A DNA stretch of 12,934 nucleotides. It comes from Candidatus Bathyarchaeota archaeon. GTDB lineage: Archaea; Thermoproteota; Bathyarchaeia; 40CM-2-53-6. The notes beneath the pieces were generated by a model. That model was given only the letters and a program-made list of their open reading frames with translations, did no database searches and was not told the DNA's origin. Shown here in pieces: positions 1 to 7,567 of this stretch. Made by a program: the position numbers and the translations under genes. The stretch is taken from NCBI GenBank assembly GCA_963706285.1, contig CAVPLU010000018.1, positions 1-12,934 of the forward strand, given 5' to 3'. The first letter of the stretch is position 1, and the number at the start of each line of letters is the position of its first letter.

Positions 1-52
1 GCGGAAAACTGTCGCTGACTAGACCAAGGTTTCCGTTTTGTATCAAGGTGAC

Positions 53-70
53 AGTAACGGTTTCGTTACT
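53..70. promoter_or_regulatory. Perfect inverted repeat AGTAACG-gttt-CGTTACT, possible protein-binding site
   Basis: 7-bp perfect arms with a 4-nt spacer, in sequence with no credible ORF downstream of modC; resembles the sites at 4009-4038. Confidence 0.25.
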
Positions 71-314
71 TGTAGGGGGGCTTGTTTCGGTCAGGTGTCT
101 CTCTTGTGCTTCTATTCTCTCCTCGAGTATGAATGGTAATGATTCGGTTGCTTGAACAAGAGGGCCCAGCGTTGGGAGAGGGCATTTGCGCTAAGGTTCA
201 GAGCTGCCATCATCAGTAATACGCGCGTGCTTCCCCTAGTTCCTTGGGACATTTCGTGCAGATTGTTGGACCGTCACGTGTGCCACGGGCATGGTGCGAA
301 CAATGGAACGGTTT

Positions 315-1388
315 CTAGTGATAGTATTGGGCTACGTTCAGATCTTCGGGAGCAATATGCACCACGATTTGCTCCTTCTCCTTTGTTCCCAAGGCATCCC
401 AAAGTCCTCTCGTGAGGCAACATTGAACCTCGATTCCTGCGTCTATGTCGAGATTCACAGTTGAAACGCCTGGGAAAACATGAAGCACCTTCCCTCTCAA
501 AATATTGGGTGAAGCCATTGCGTCCGCGAAGACTGGATGAACACAGTCAGGCCTCACCGAAACCAACACTTCACTCCCCGCCCCAACGGGCAACTCAGCA
601 GTCGAGAGCTGAATCCCGTCAACCTCAATCAATTTTCGATCTAGGGCTTTTCCAACGTAGCAGTTCAATCCCAAGAGTCTCCCCACCTCGATAGTTGACG
701 GAGATGTCAGCAACTGTTGAGGAGATGCCATCGCCTTTATTCCACCTTCCATCACAACGGCAACTTTGTCTCCTAAGACGAAGCTATCGGCTAGGTGATG
801 GGTGACGTAGAGCGTTGTCGCGCCAATCTTCTTGAGGAATGTCTTCATCTCGATGCGGACTCTGTCACGGAGTCCAGGGTCCAAGTTGCTCATCGGCTCG
901 TCCAGCATAAGCAGCTTGGGCCTCAGAGCCAAGGACCTCGCTAGCGCCACCCGTTGTCGCTGGCCTCCACTCAGCTGCGATGGATACAATCTCATCACCC
1001 CCTCTATCTCCAGCAGGCTGACAATGGGGGCAATGATTGAATCCATCTCATGCGTAGGCATACGACCCTTCATCCCGAAAGTAATGTTGTCGTACGCCGA
1101 AAGGAACGGGAAGAGCAGATAGTCCTGAGGAACGTAACCTATGGACCTGCTCCTAGGAGGCAGGTTGACGGCAGACCCTTTCGCAGAATCGAAGACAACA
1201 GTTCCATTAACTTCTATTCTGCCGCAATCGGGAGGGAGAAGCCCTGCCATCATCTTCAGAAGCGTGCTTTTGCCAACACCACTGGGGCCTAATAGAACGA
1301 CTGTCTCTCCATCCTCCACAGAGAATGTGACATCCTTTAGCAGGGGGTTAGTGCCGAAACTCTTGCTTACGTTATTCACTTGCAGCAA
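315..1388 (-). CDS. modC: Molybdate/tungstate ABC transporter ATP-binding subunit (ModC/WtpC-like) with C-terminal TOBE-type regulatory region
   Basis: Walker A GPSGVGKS, Q-loop YVPQDY, signature LSGGQ, Walker B LMLDEP, H-loop VTH; about 120-aa beta-rich C-terminal extension; starts 3 nt after the modB stop. Confidence 0.9.
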   Translation of the reverse strand: MLQVNNVSKSFGTNPLLKDVTFSVEDGETVVLLGPSGVGKSTLLKMMAGLLPPDCGRIEVNGTVVFDSAKGSAVNLPPRSRSIGYVPQDYLLFPFLSAYDNITFGMKGRMPTHEMDSIIAPIVSLLEIEGVMRLYPSQLSGGQRQRVALARSLALRPKLLMLDEPMSNLDPGLRDRVRIEMKTFLKKIGATTLYVTHHLADSFVLGDKVAVVMEGGIKAMASPQQLLTSPSTIEVGRLLGLNCYVGKALDRKLIEVDGIQLSTAELPVGAGSEVLVSVRPDCVHPVFADAMASPNILRGKVLHVFPGVSTVNLDIDAGIEVQCCLTRGLWDALGTKEKEQIVVHIAPEDLNVAQYYH

Positions 1389-1391
1389 GCG

Positions 1392-2246
1392 TTAGATTCC
1401 CACCACGGTTCTTCCCTCGGTGAACCTGAAAGCGAAGAAGAACACCAATAGTGCCATTCCTATCATTATGAGAACCAACGCCACCATCCCTGGAATGTCA
1501 GCGACTGAGAGCCTCAGGAAAACGGAGATTGGAAGCGTCTCTGTTTTCATCGGCGTGGCCCCAGCCAACATAACACTCGCTCCAAACTCTCCCACCGCCC
1601 GGCTCCAGCTGAGCACTGCCGCTGCAATGATGCCCTTGGATGAAAGCGGGAGAAGCACCCTTCTTGCTGACTGCCACGTAGTACATCCTAAGGTCATGGC
1701 TATGCCCTCGTACATTGGATCTATCGAATCGAAGGTTGCCTTGATCGTCCTCGTAGCGATGGGCATTATTACACAGAATTGGGCGACAACCAAACCCGGA
1801 ACTTCGAACACGATTCCGAATACAGCGTTCAAGATTTCTCCCAGCGGAGTCGAGGAGAAGAAGATGAGTAGCACAGCACCAATGGCCACAGGAGGAAGAA
1901 TCAATGGGACTGAGAAGATGATTTCAATGATTTTGCTGCCCGGAGGATGGAACCGAGATAGTCCGTATGCTGTAGGAATCGCCATTGCCAAGGCGAGTAA
2001 AGTGGAAACTATGGAGGTGGAGAGGGTCAACGAAAGAGCATACGCTACCCTCTGTGAACTCAACGCAGACACTAGGCTGCTTGGGTTCGTCCACGATAGG
2101 ACTGAGAATAGAGCCATCGCAGAAAGAATGATGAAGAGAACAGAAACGGACAGAGTCGCCAGTCTAAAGATCTGATCTTTTCCCCGATCCTCTCGGGGTT
2201 CCTCAGGAGGATTCCTTGAGGGGTTCAGCGACGGCGTTGGGTGCAA
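1392..2246 (-). CDS. modB: Molybdate/tungstate ABC transporter permease (ModB/WtpB-like); start uncertain
   Basis: About six hydrophobic segments; PLILPPVAIG motif, EAA-like loop YEGIAMTLG, and WSRAVGEFGASVMLAG typical of ModB/CysT permeases; lies between modA and modC. Confidence 0.9.
   Translation of the reverse strand: MHPTPSLNPSRNPPEEPREDRGKDQIFRLATLSVSVLFIILSAMALFSVLSWTNPSSLVSALSSQRVAYALSLTLSTSIVSTLLALAMAIPTAYGLSRFHPPGSKIIEIIFSVPLILPPVAIGAVLLIFFSSTPLGEILNAVFGIVFEVPGLVVAQFCVIMPIATRTIKATFDSIDPMYEGIAMTLGCTTWQSARRVLLPLSSKGIIAAAVLSWSRAVGEFGASVMLAGATPMKTETLPISVFLRLSVADIPGMVALVLIMIGMALLVFFFAFRFTEGRTVVGI
2182..2221 (-). other. Two adjacent GC-rich stem-loops at the modA stop codon
   Basis: mRNA reads CCUCA-a-GGA-aucc-UCC-UGAGG (includes the UGA stop) and then CCCCGA-gagga-UCGGGG. 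Confidence 0.45.
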
Positions 2247-3081
2247 GTTTCTTGGCTTCCTCGAGAGTGGAGAAGTAGCCGTACTTGGCGAAAACTGTCA
2301 TTCCGCTTGGGGAGAGCATATAATCGATCAGTTTCTGGGCAGAGGCGGGATCATCAGAGTACTTCGTTATGCCTATCGGGACGTAGGCGATTTTCGGTAT
2401 CTGCTCCGGCTTAAGGTAAATGATATCCACCTTGTCAGGTGTCCAGTTGTAAAACACATGCCATCCTAGCACCGCATCCACTGACTTCGTTACAACGAGG
2501 GCGGCCACATTGGAGCAACTGCTCGCGTAGGTCACAAGGTTGGGCTTAACACTGTCCCATAGACCCGCCTTAGTCAGTATGTCTTGTGCGTAGAGTCCGA
2601 CACAAACGCTCTCAGGGTTGCCTATGCCAACTTTCAGCCCTTTCATCGTCAAATCGGAAAGGGAGGTAACGTTCTTCGGATTACCCTTCTGCACGATGAT
2701 AGCAGGAACCAAGTAGGCGAGGATCTTTATTGAGTCATAAACCATGATTCCATCGTTGATCGCCTTCTGCATGTAATCTTGGGACCCAGGAGCATACAGG
2801 TCGCCTGCCTTTGCAAGCTCCATAGCAGATAGTAGAGTTCCCGAGCCTGACATCGTGTATTGCACCTCTATCCCAGTCTCTTTCTGGAAGGCAGCTACGA
2901 TCTCCTCCTCAGGAACTTCGGCTGCAGCCCCAAAGTATGCCCTTATCTTTTTGTGAGGCGGTTCCGCGAAAGCGATTCTATCGAACAGGATGCCGCCGAC
3001 TGCAGTGACTGCAAGTGCCCCTCCCCACTTGAACACTGAACGTCTGCTGATCTTCTCTGTAATCGATTCCGATTGATTCAA
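2203..3081 (-). CDS. modA: Molybdate/tungstate ABC substrate-binding protein (ModA family, ModA3-like subgroup) with twin-arginine-like signal
   Basis: GAAA, SGSGTL, DLYAPGS and GIGNPESVCVGLYA motifs plus C-terminal FAKYGY; N-terminal SRRSVFK followed by a hydrophobic stretch; first gene of the modABC cluster. Confidence 0.88.
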   Translation of the reverse strand: MNQSESITEKISRRSVFKWGGALAVTAVGGILFDRIAFAEPPHKKIRAYFGAAAEVPEEEIVAAFQKETGIEVQYTMSGSGTLLSAMELAKAGDLYAPGSQDYMQKAINDGIMVYDSIKILAYLVPAIIVQKGNPKNVTSLSDLTMKGLKVGIGNPESVCVGLYAQDILTKAGLWDSVKPNLVTYASSCSNVAALVVTKSVDAVLGWHVFYNWTPDKVDIIYLKPEQIPKIAYVPIGITKYSDDPASAQKLIDYMLSPSGMTVFAKYGYFSTLEEAKKLAPNAVAEPLKESS

Positions 3082-3136
3082 TTCGAATCTATGGTTCAGA
3101 TGTCGTGGCCGCGGTATGAGCCTTGATAATCATAGA

Positions 3137-3144
3137 TACTTATA
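3137..3144 (-). promoter_or_regulatory. Candidate archaeal TATA box (TATAAGTA) for modABC
   Basis: Best TATA-like element in the 110-nt tfx-modA gap, 55 nt upstream of the modA TTG. Confidence 0.35.
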
Positions 3145-3191
3145 CAGGCGGTAGGAATCACAATTTCAATCCGTCTTGCAGATATGACATT

Positions 3192-3647
3192 TCACTGTAT
3201 CGTGACTTTCCCGTCGTCGCTAATCCTGATTCTAACAACGGCTGTGAGGTGATGCCCGCGGATTCTTCCCTTACACTTTGATCGAATCGCAGCCAGAAGC
3301 AAGTCGGCACTGATCCGCAGCTTGATTCGCAACATATCCGCTCTGGAGAGCACCATAAGAACGGCTTCAAAGAGGTTGGTTCCGCTCGGAATTATCACCT
3401 CATTGGACTCGGAGAGCTGCTCAATCGCGATCAGCGTTGCCCTTGCGGCTCTAATATTCAGGTGGGCGCGGTGTTCTATGATGCTTATGTTCTCCTGTGA
3501 AGTCTTGAGCTTTTTTGCAACCTCGCTCTGAGTAAGCCCCGTCGCTCTCAGTTGCACTACCCTCCATTGCCTCGGTGTGAGAACAGTAGTGCGAGGTCTC
3601 AACGTCCACCGTCTCCCTGAATAGAACAGCTTGTTTTGAAAAGACAT
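3192..3647 (-). CDS. tfx: Tfx family DNA-binding protein (real start may be the TTG near 3602)
   Basis: N-terminal HTH LTPRQWRVVQLRATGLTQSEVAKKLKTSQENISIIEHRA, followed by NIRAARATL, IPSGTNLF, ADMLRIKL and terminal DGKVTI, matching the archaeal Tfx pattern and size. Confidence 0.85.
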   Translation of the reverse strand: MSFQNKLFYSGRRWTLRPRTTVLTPRQWRVVQLRATGLTQSEVAKKLKTSQENISIIEHRAHLNIRAARATLIAIEQLSESNEVIIPSGTNLFEAVLMVLSRADMLRIKLRISADLLLAAIRSKCKGRIRGHHLTAVVRIRISDDGKVTIQ

Positions 3648-3724
3648 TGGATCGAAGTTCGATGTCTGTGATTCTCCAAGAGTGAGAGACTACGGTGCAT
3701 TGTTCTCGAACCCTCACAAGGGCA

Positions 3725-3973
3725 TCAAGTTGTCTCTAACGTTCTTCCCCAATTGATACGGTTCCATATTCTTTCGGAGGAATAATAGAGAATCGCCAAG
3801 AACACTTGGAGGCTTGCCGTAATCGAAATTGCCTTAACAGCGTCTCCTGTGATAATCCAAGTCAGAATGCCAGTTCCGATGATTGATACGATACGGTAGG
3901 TCAGAGACTTCACCAATGACCTTGACCGAGATTCTCTGAATGCCCACCCTTTCGGGTTCCCTGCCATTTGCAT
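3725..3973 (-). CDS. DUF2061 family small membrane protein
   Basis: ESxxRSLVKSLTYR ... ITGD ... LYYxxERIWNRINWG with two TM segments; GGAGG Shine-Dalgarno 5 nt upstream of the ATG. Confidence 0.85.
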   Translation of the reverse strand: MQMAGNPKGWAFRESRSRSLVKSLTYRIVSIIGTGILTWIITGDAVKAISITASLQVFLAILYYSSERIWNRINWGRTLETT

Positions 3974-3974
3974 G

Positions 3975-4002
3975 GATCCCTCCGCGTGCGGTATATGGGA
4001 TC
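3975..4002 (-). promoter_or_regulatory. Leader hairpin covering the Shine-Dalgarno of the DUF2061 gene
   Basis: Minus strand GATCCC-atata-CCGC-ac-GCGG-a-GGGATC-c-ATG; GGAGG (3979-3983) lies in the 3' arm. Confidence 0.35.
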
Positions 4003-4005
4003 TCG

Positions 4006-4038
4006 ATATTACTGTTCAGTAATATTACCGTTTGGTAA
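4006..4038. promoter_or_regulatory. Tandem palindromic operator-like element, 2 x TTAC-N6-GTAA with 16-bp period
   Basis: ATATTACTG-tt-CAGTAATAT (perfect 9-bp arms, 4006-4025) overlapping TTACC-gttt-GGTAA (4025-4038); the 16-mers 4006-4021 and 4022-4037 match at 13/16; sits in a divergent intergenic region. Confidence 0.6.
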
Positions 4039-4145
4039 CATCGAAATTTGTCGGGAGAAGTTGTTGAAGACAACGTCAAGCTCCTATTCAATGCTGGAAG
4101 CTCAGACGCTCTCTACGCACAGATACTTGTAAGAACCGGTCGCCC

Positions 4146-4155
4146 AAATATTAAG
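4146..4155 (+). promoter_or_regulatory. Candidate TATA box (AAATATTAAG) for the 7TM-wHTH pair
   Basis: AT-rich island about 45 nt upstream of the TTG at 4199. Confidence 0.3.
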
Positions 4156-4198
4156 AAAGCCCGGACTCATCTAATCGAGACGGACAGAGGCCTGCTGC

Positions 4199-4858
4199 TT
4201 GGATTTCGAGATTGCGCCACTCTTCTATAGCAGCATCGTGTCGGCAGGTTTGGCGTTCAGTATCGCATACTTGATGCTCAGATCGTACAGAGTGACGCAA
4301 AGGGACTACTTGCTAGGATTCCCGATTGGGTTCAGTTTCCTCGCGATTTCCTACTTGTTTTCCGCGGCATCCTCAACGGGTCCATCGGTGAGCGAGATCA
4401 CTCGTTGGCTTGATCTATGCTCTACAACCTACGGATTCGCATTCATAGGGGGAACCTATTTCTTAAGGCGGAGAGGTGCGGCTGGACCATTTTCTCGATG
4501 GCTCTTCTCTCTGGCGGTCCTGGCTATTCTCGTTGTAGTCCTAGTTGAAGTCGTGCCGCCTTCTGGTGCCCTTCCCGCGTACTCGGTGGCTGCTCAGATT
4601 TTCCTAATCGTGAACTTGGGCCTCCTGGGTTACATCATTTTCAGCCTGAATCAGGCCCTGAAACAGTCACCGCATGAAGTGAACTTTCTAGTGCAGACAG
4701 GCTTCATCCTTCTTGCCTTCGGACAATACAGCTTCCTGCTCTGGACGTTAGACCAGGGATTTTGGTCCTTTGCACTAGCAAGCCTATTCCGACTTGCCGG
4801 CCTGGTCGCGCTCTTGACTGAAGCTGCAACTGCCGTTACAGGACCCTATCGTGGATGA
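4199..4858 (+). CDS. Stand-alone seven-transmembrane hypothetical protein (sensor-like, no cytoplasmic output domain)
   Basis: Seven hydrophobic segments (about aa 8-27, 37-58, 70-89, 101-119, 128-150, 163-184, 188-207), basic loops after TM1 and TM3; stop is 6 nt before the wHTH gene. Confidence 0.75.
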   Translation: MDFEIAPLFYSSIVSAGLAFSIAYLMLRSYRVTQRDYLLGFPIGFSFLAISYLFSAASSTGPSVSEITRWLDLCSTTYGFAFIGGTYFLRRRGAAGPFSRWLFSLAVLAILVVVLVEVVPPSGALPAYSVAAQIFLIVNLGLLGYIIFSLNQALKQSPHEVNFLVQTGFILLAFGQYSFLLWTLDQGFWSFALASLFRLAGLVALLTEAATAVTGPYRG

Positions 4859-4864
4859 TCACTA

Positions 4865-5159
4865 TTGCGCCATGCGAAAGATGCGAAGAGGCCTCGCCCG
4901 CGCTATCGTCCGAAGATCTTCTACGATATCGTCTGCTCGATAATGAAGCAAGAGACATCCGGCGGTGTTGCAAGAATTACTAGGGTTCAGAATGAGGTGA
5001 ATCTTCCTTCAGACCGTCTCCGGATACACCTTGAGGACATGGAGACGCTAGGACTCATTGAACACGGTGAAGGTCTCACCAGCACCGAGAAAGGCAGGAG
5101 CTTCGTGTCTGAGTACGAGAAAGTTGCTGAAGTCCTGAAGACGGTTCGGCCTAGACTAG
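4865..5159 (+). CDS. Small archaeal winged helix-turn-helix regulator (Sso10a/ArnR1-like); probable 1-nt insertion near 5138-5144, natural end ...FGLD*
   Basis: IFYDIV ... ARITRVQNEVNLPSDRLRIHLEDMETLGLI ... TEKGRSFVSEYEKV pattern; the +1 frame reads TTC GGC CTA GAC TAG (FGLD*, stop 5157-5159), a typical family ending, while the called tail to 5224 looks spurious. Confidence 0.75.
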
Positions 5160-5308
5160 GAACATCTCGCCAAGTCAGCAGGTATTGTGCGTACGTACTC
5201 TGCGTACCTGAATCGTTATCGTGAGGAAATCCTACTCATCCCTGTGATCGTCCACGCTGGATAGATCGGAGGCATTCACGCAACTGTGAATCACAAATTA
5301 TTCAGGCG

Positions 5309-6493
5309 TTGAACATGGTTGACTTTGCTAGCACTTCAATGGCTATCGTTTCGTTGGTGATCTTTCTATCATTTCTAGGCGCTATCCTCAGCGAGAGACT
5401 CAAAGTCTCATACCCTACAGTCATGATCGCTATTGGTTTTGCAGTATCGTTCTTGAGGATCGGGGGTGCGCTTAACAGTATCAGCTTCGACAGTAATCTC
5501 ATACTTGGTTTCATTGTTCCTCCTCTGATTTTTGAGGCAGCCATGCGAACGCGTCTTGAGACCTTCAGAACCGTTGAGAAGACCGTACTGAGTCTAGCCA
5601 TATTCGGAGTCGTGATCTCCGCTCTTGTATGCGGTGCGGTCCTGCAGATTGCATTGGGTTTGCCAATCGCGGTTGCGCTCATGTTTGGCGTCATAATCTC
5701 GCCTACAGACCCGGTCTCCGTTGTTAGCATATTGAAGAGAATGAAGGCACCTGAAAGGCTAACCACAATCTTAGAGAGCGAAGCCTATCTGAATGACGTA
5801 ACAGCCATCGTTCTCTATCCCGTCGCATTGTCCCTGTCTTTTAGTCCCGTTCAGAGTGTGACTCTATTCGCCTACAGTTTCGGAGGTGGGATACTAATTG
5901 GGTTGCTCGTATCCGGCGTTGCTGAACTATTGTACAAGCAAATCACGGAGCCCATGGCGGAGACGACGTTCACGATTGTCGTCATGTTCGGTTCGTATCT
6001 CTTCGCCGAGAGTCTTCAGGTTTCAGGATTAGCATCAGTGGCCATTGCTGGTTTGTACATGGGAAATCGGACCATGCGGACTGCAATGTCTGATGAGACT
6101 AAGACGACGATGACGAAGTTCTGGGAGGTGGTGACTTTCATGGCTACGTCTTTCGCTTTCCTTCTTATCGGTTTGAAAGCAGATTTCGCGTTGCTCATCA
6201 CTTATGCTCCGTTCATCCTGGCAGCTTTCTTGGCCATACTCGTAGCCAGAGCCGTCAGCGTTTACCCGATAATAGGGCTCACGAACATGATGCGTGAGAA
6301 AATACCGCGCTCGTGGACAAGATTGCTGGCCATTGCAGGATTGCGAGGTGCAGTTTCGGTTGCATTGGCGCTCTCTTTGCCAGAGAGCAGCTTCAAGGAC
6401 ATAATAGTGGCAATGACGTTCGGCGTGGCGCTGCTGTCACTAGTGGTTCAAGCAGAAATCCTACAGGTCTCCGCGAAGAGCATGAAACTGTAG
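5309..6493 (+). CDS. nhaP: Na+(K+)/H+ antiporter, CPA1 (NhaP-type)
   Basis: About 12-13 TM segments; PPLIFEAA, ISPTDPVSV, ESEAYLND, SGLASVAIAGL, FWE and GLRGAVSVALAL motifs. Confidence 0.9.
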   Translation: MNMVDFASTSMAIVSLVIFLSFLGAILSERLKVSYPTVMIAIGFAVSFLRIGGALNSISFDSNLILGFIVPPLIFEAAMRTRLETFRTVEKTVLSLAIFGVVISALVCGAVLQIALGLPIAVALMFGVIISPTDPVSVVSILKRMKAPERLTTILESEAYLNDVTAIVLYPVALSLSFSPVQSVTLFAYSFGGGILIGLLVSGVAELLYKQITEPMAETTFTIVVMFGSYLFAESLQVSGLASVAIAGLYMGNRTMRTAMSDETKTTMTKFWEVVTFMATSFAFLLIGLKADFALLITYAPFILAAFLAILVARAVSVYPIIGLTNMMREKIPRSWTRLLAIAGLRGAVSVALALSLPESSFKDIIVAMTFGVALLSLVVQAEILQVSAKSMKL

Positions 6494-6593
6494 ACCTGAG
6501 TTTGCGTGGCGGTGAAGTCGAATGAAGTTGTTGTCGCGGGCATACTACCTCTATCGACGGCAGCACAATGATCAATGTCGACGGTGATCCTCC

Positions 6594-7448
6594 ATGATAC
6601 GGAATCCTCACAAGCCAAGGAATCCTGGCTCTAAGACAGGACCAAAATCAGTACATGGGGAACATTCGCGGATTTTCGGGGTGCACGAACATTTCTCAGA
6701 AATCGCAGCGAAATACCGGGAGCTGAGGGAAACCGATCAGGAACCGATACTTCATATTGTGAAGCGGCTACAGGAAATTCCGCGCATCATGGCTGCGGAT
6801 GTTGGCTGTGGTGCCGGACGGTATGACTTGAGACTGTTACAGCGCCTAGACCACAAGATCAAGCGGTTATATTGTCTGGACACGAACCATAGAATGCTAG
6901 AACAACTCACAGGCTATCTTGCAAGACATCAAATGCAGGATTTTGAAGCGGTGAAATCGATTGCTGAAAACCTCCCGCTTGCAACAGAGCATCTGGACTG
7001 CGTTCTCACGTTCAATGCCATTCATCATTTCCAAGTTTTGGGATTTCTAAGCGAAGCCTCACGAGTTCTGAAGCGCAATGGATACTTGTTCATATACACT
7101 CGCCTCAGGAGCCAGAATCGTCGAAATATTTGGGGCAGGCACTTTCCGCTCTTCTCCGAAAAGGAAACACGCCTCTATGAATCTCGCGATCTGGAACAAA
7201 TGGTAGGGGCGACCACAAAGCTGAGGGTTGAGGACGTCCGATTTTTCAGATACGAACGTACTAGCACACTGAACAGGTTACTTGAACTCGTAAGTCATCG
7301 TCACTATTCCACGTTTTCTCAGTACACCGATAGTGAGCTGCGAGCATGCGTGGTGCAGTTCGAGAAAAACGTACGCCGGACCTTCGAGAATCCTGATAAC
7401 GTGAGATGGACCGATCAGAATGTCATGCTCACCATTCGAAAGGACTGA
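6594..7448 (+). CDS. Class I SAM-dependent methyltransferase, substrate unknown (start may be the GTG at 6681)
   Basis: Motif I DVGCGAG, acidic residue after beta2 (CLDTN), AENLPL, D..LTFNAIHHF, EASRVLKRNG. Confidence 0.85.
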   Translation: MIRNPHKPRNPGSKTGPKSVHGEHSRIFGVHEHFSEIAAKYRELRETDQEPILHIVKRLQEIPRIMAADVGCGAGRYDLRLLQRLDHKIKRLYCLDTNHRMLEQLTGYLARHQMQDFEAVKSIAENLPLATEHLDCVLTFNAIHHFQVLGFLSEASRVLKRNGYLFIYTRLRSQNRRNIWGRHFPLFSEKETRLYESRDLEQMVGATTKLRVEDVRFFRYERTSTLNRLLELVSHRHYSTFSQYTDSELRACVVQFEKNVRRTFENPDNVRWTDQNVMLTIRKD

Positions 7449-7567
7449 AAAAATCTGGACAGGTTCAGAAGGACAGGACAATGATCTATAGCGCGATGGT
7501 GGGTATGCACATTTGGGTTCCCTATGAGGTCATAATGGGTCAAGGCATCGGACCCGGATCTTGGCGT

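Noticed and set aside
1-252. Minus-strand LNLS/KCPLPTL resembling the TusA/SirA CPxP motif
   Set aside because: Needs a frameshift, spacing is off, and the downstream sequence is not TusA-like.
1420-2175. 251-aa plus-strand ORF and other ORFs opposite modC, nhaP, mscS, CBS and SDR
   Set aside because: Antisense shadows of well-supported genes with no motifs of their own.
4199-4858. 7TM protein as a microbial rhodopsin
   Set aside because: No retinal-binding Lys in TM7 (SLFRLAG) and no helix C rhodopsin motif.
5160-5224. Cys-containing C-terminal tail of the wHTH ORF as a sensing module
   Set aside because: Probably read-through caused by the 1-nt insertion; the natural FGLD stop is at 5157-5159.
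5285-5295. TGTGA-a-TCACA as a CRP site
   Set aside because: Spacer is 1 nt rather than 6 and the context is archaeal.
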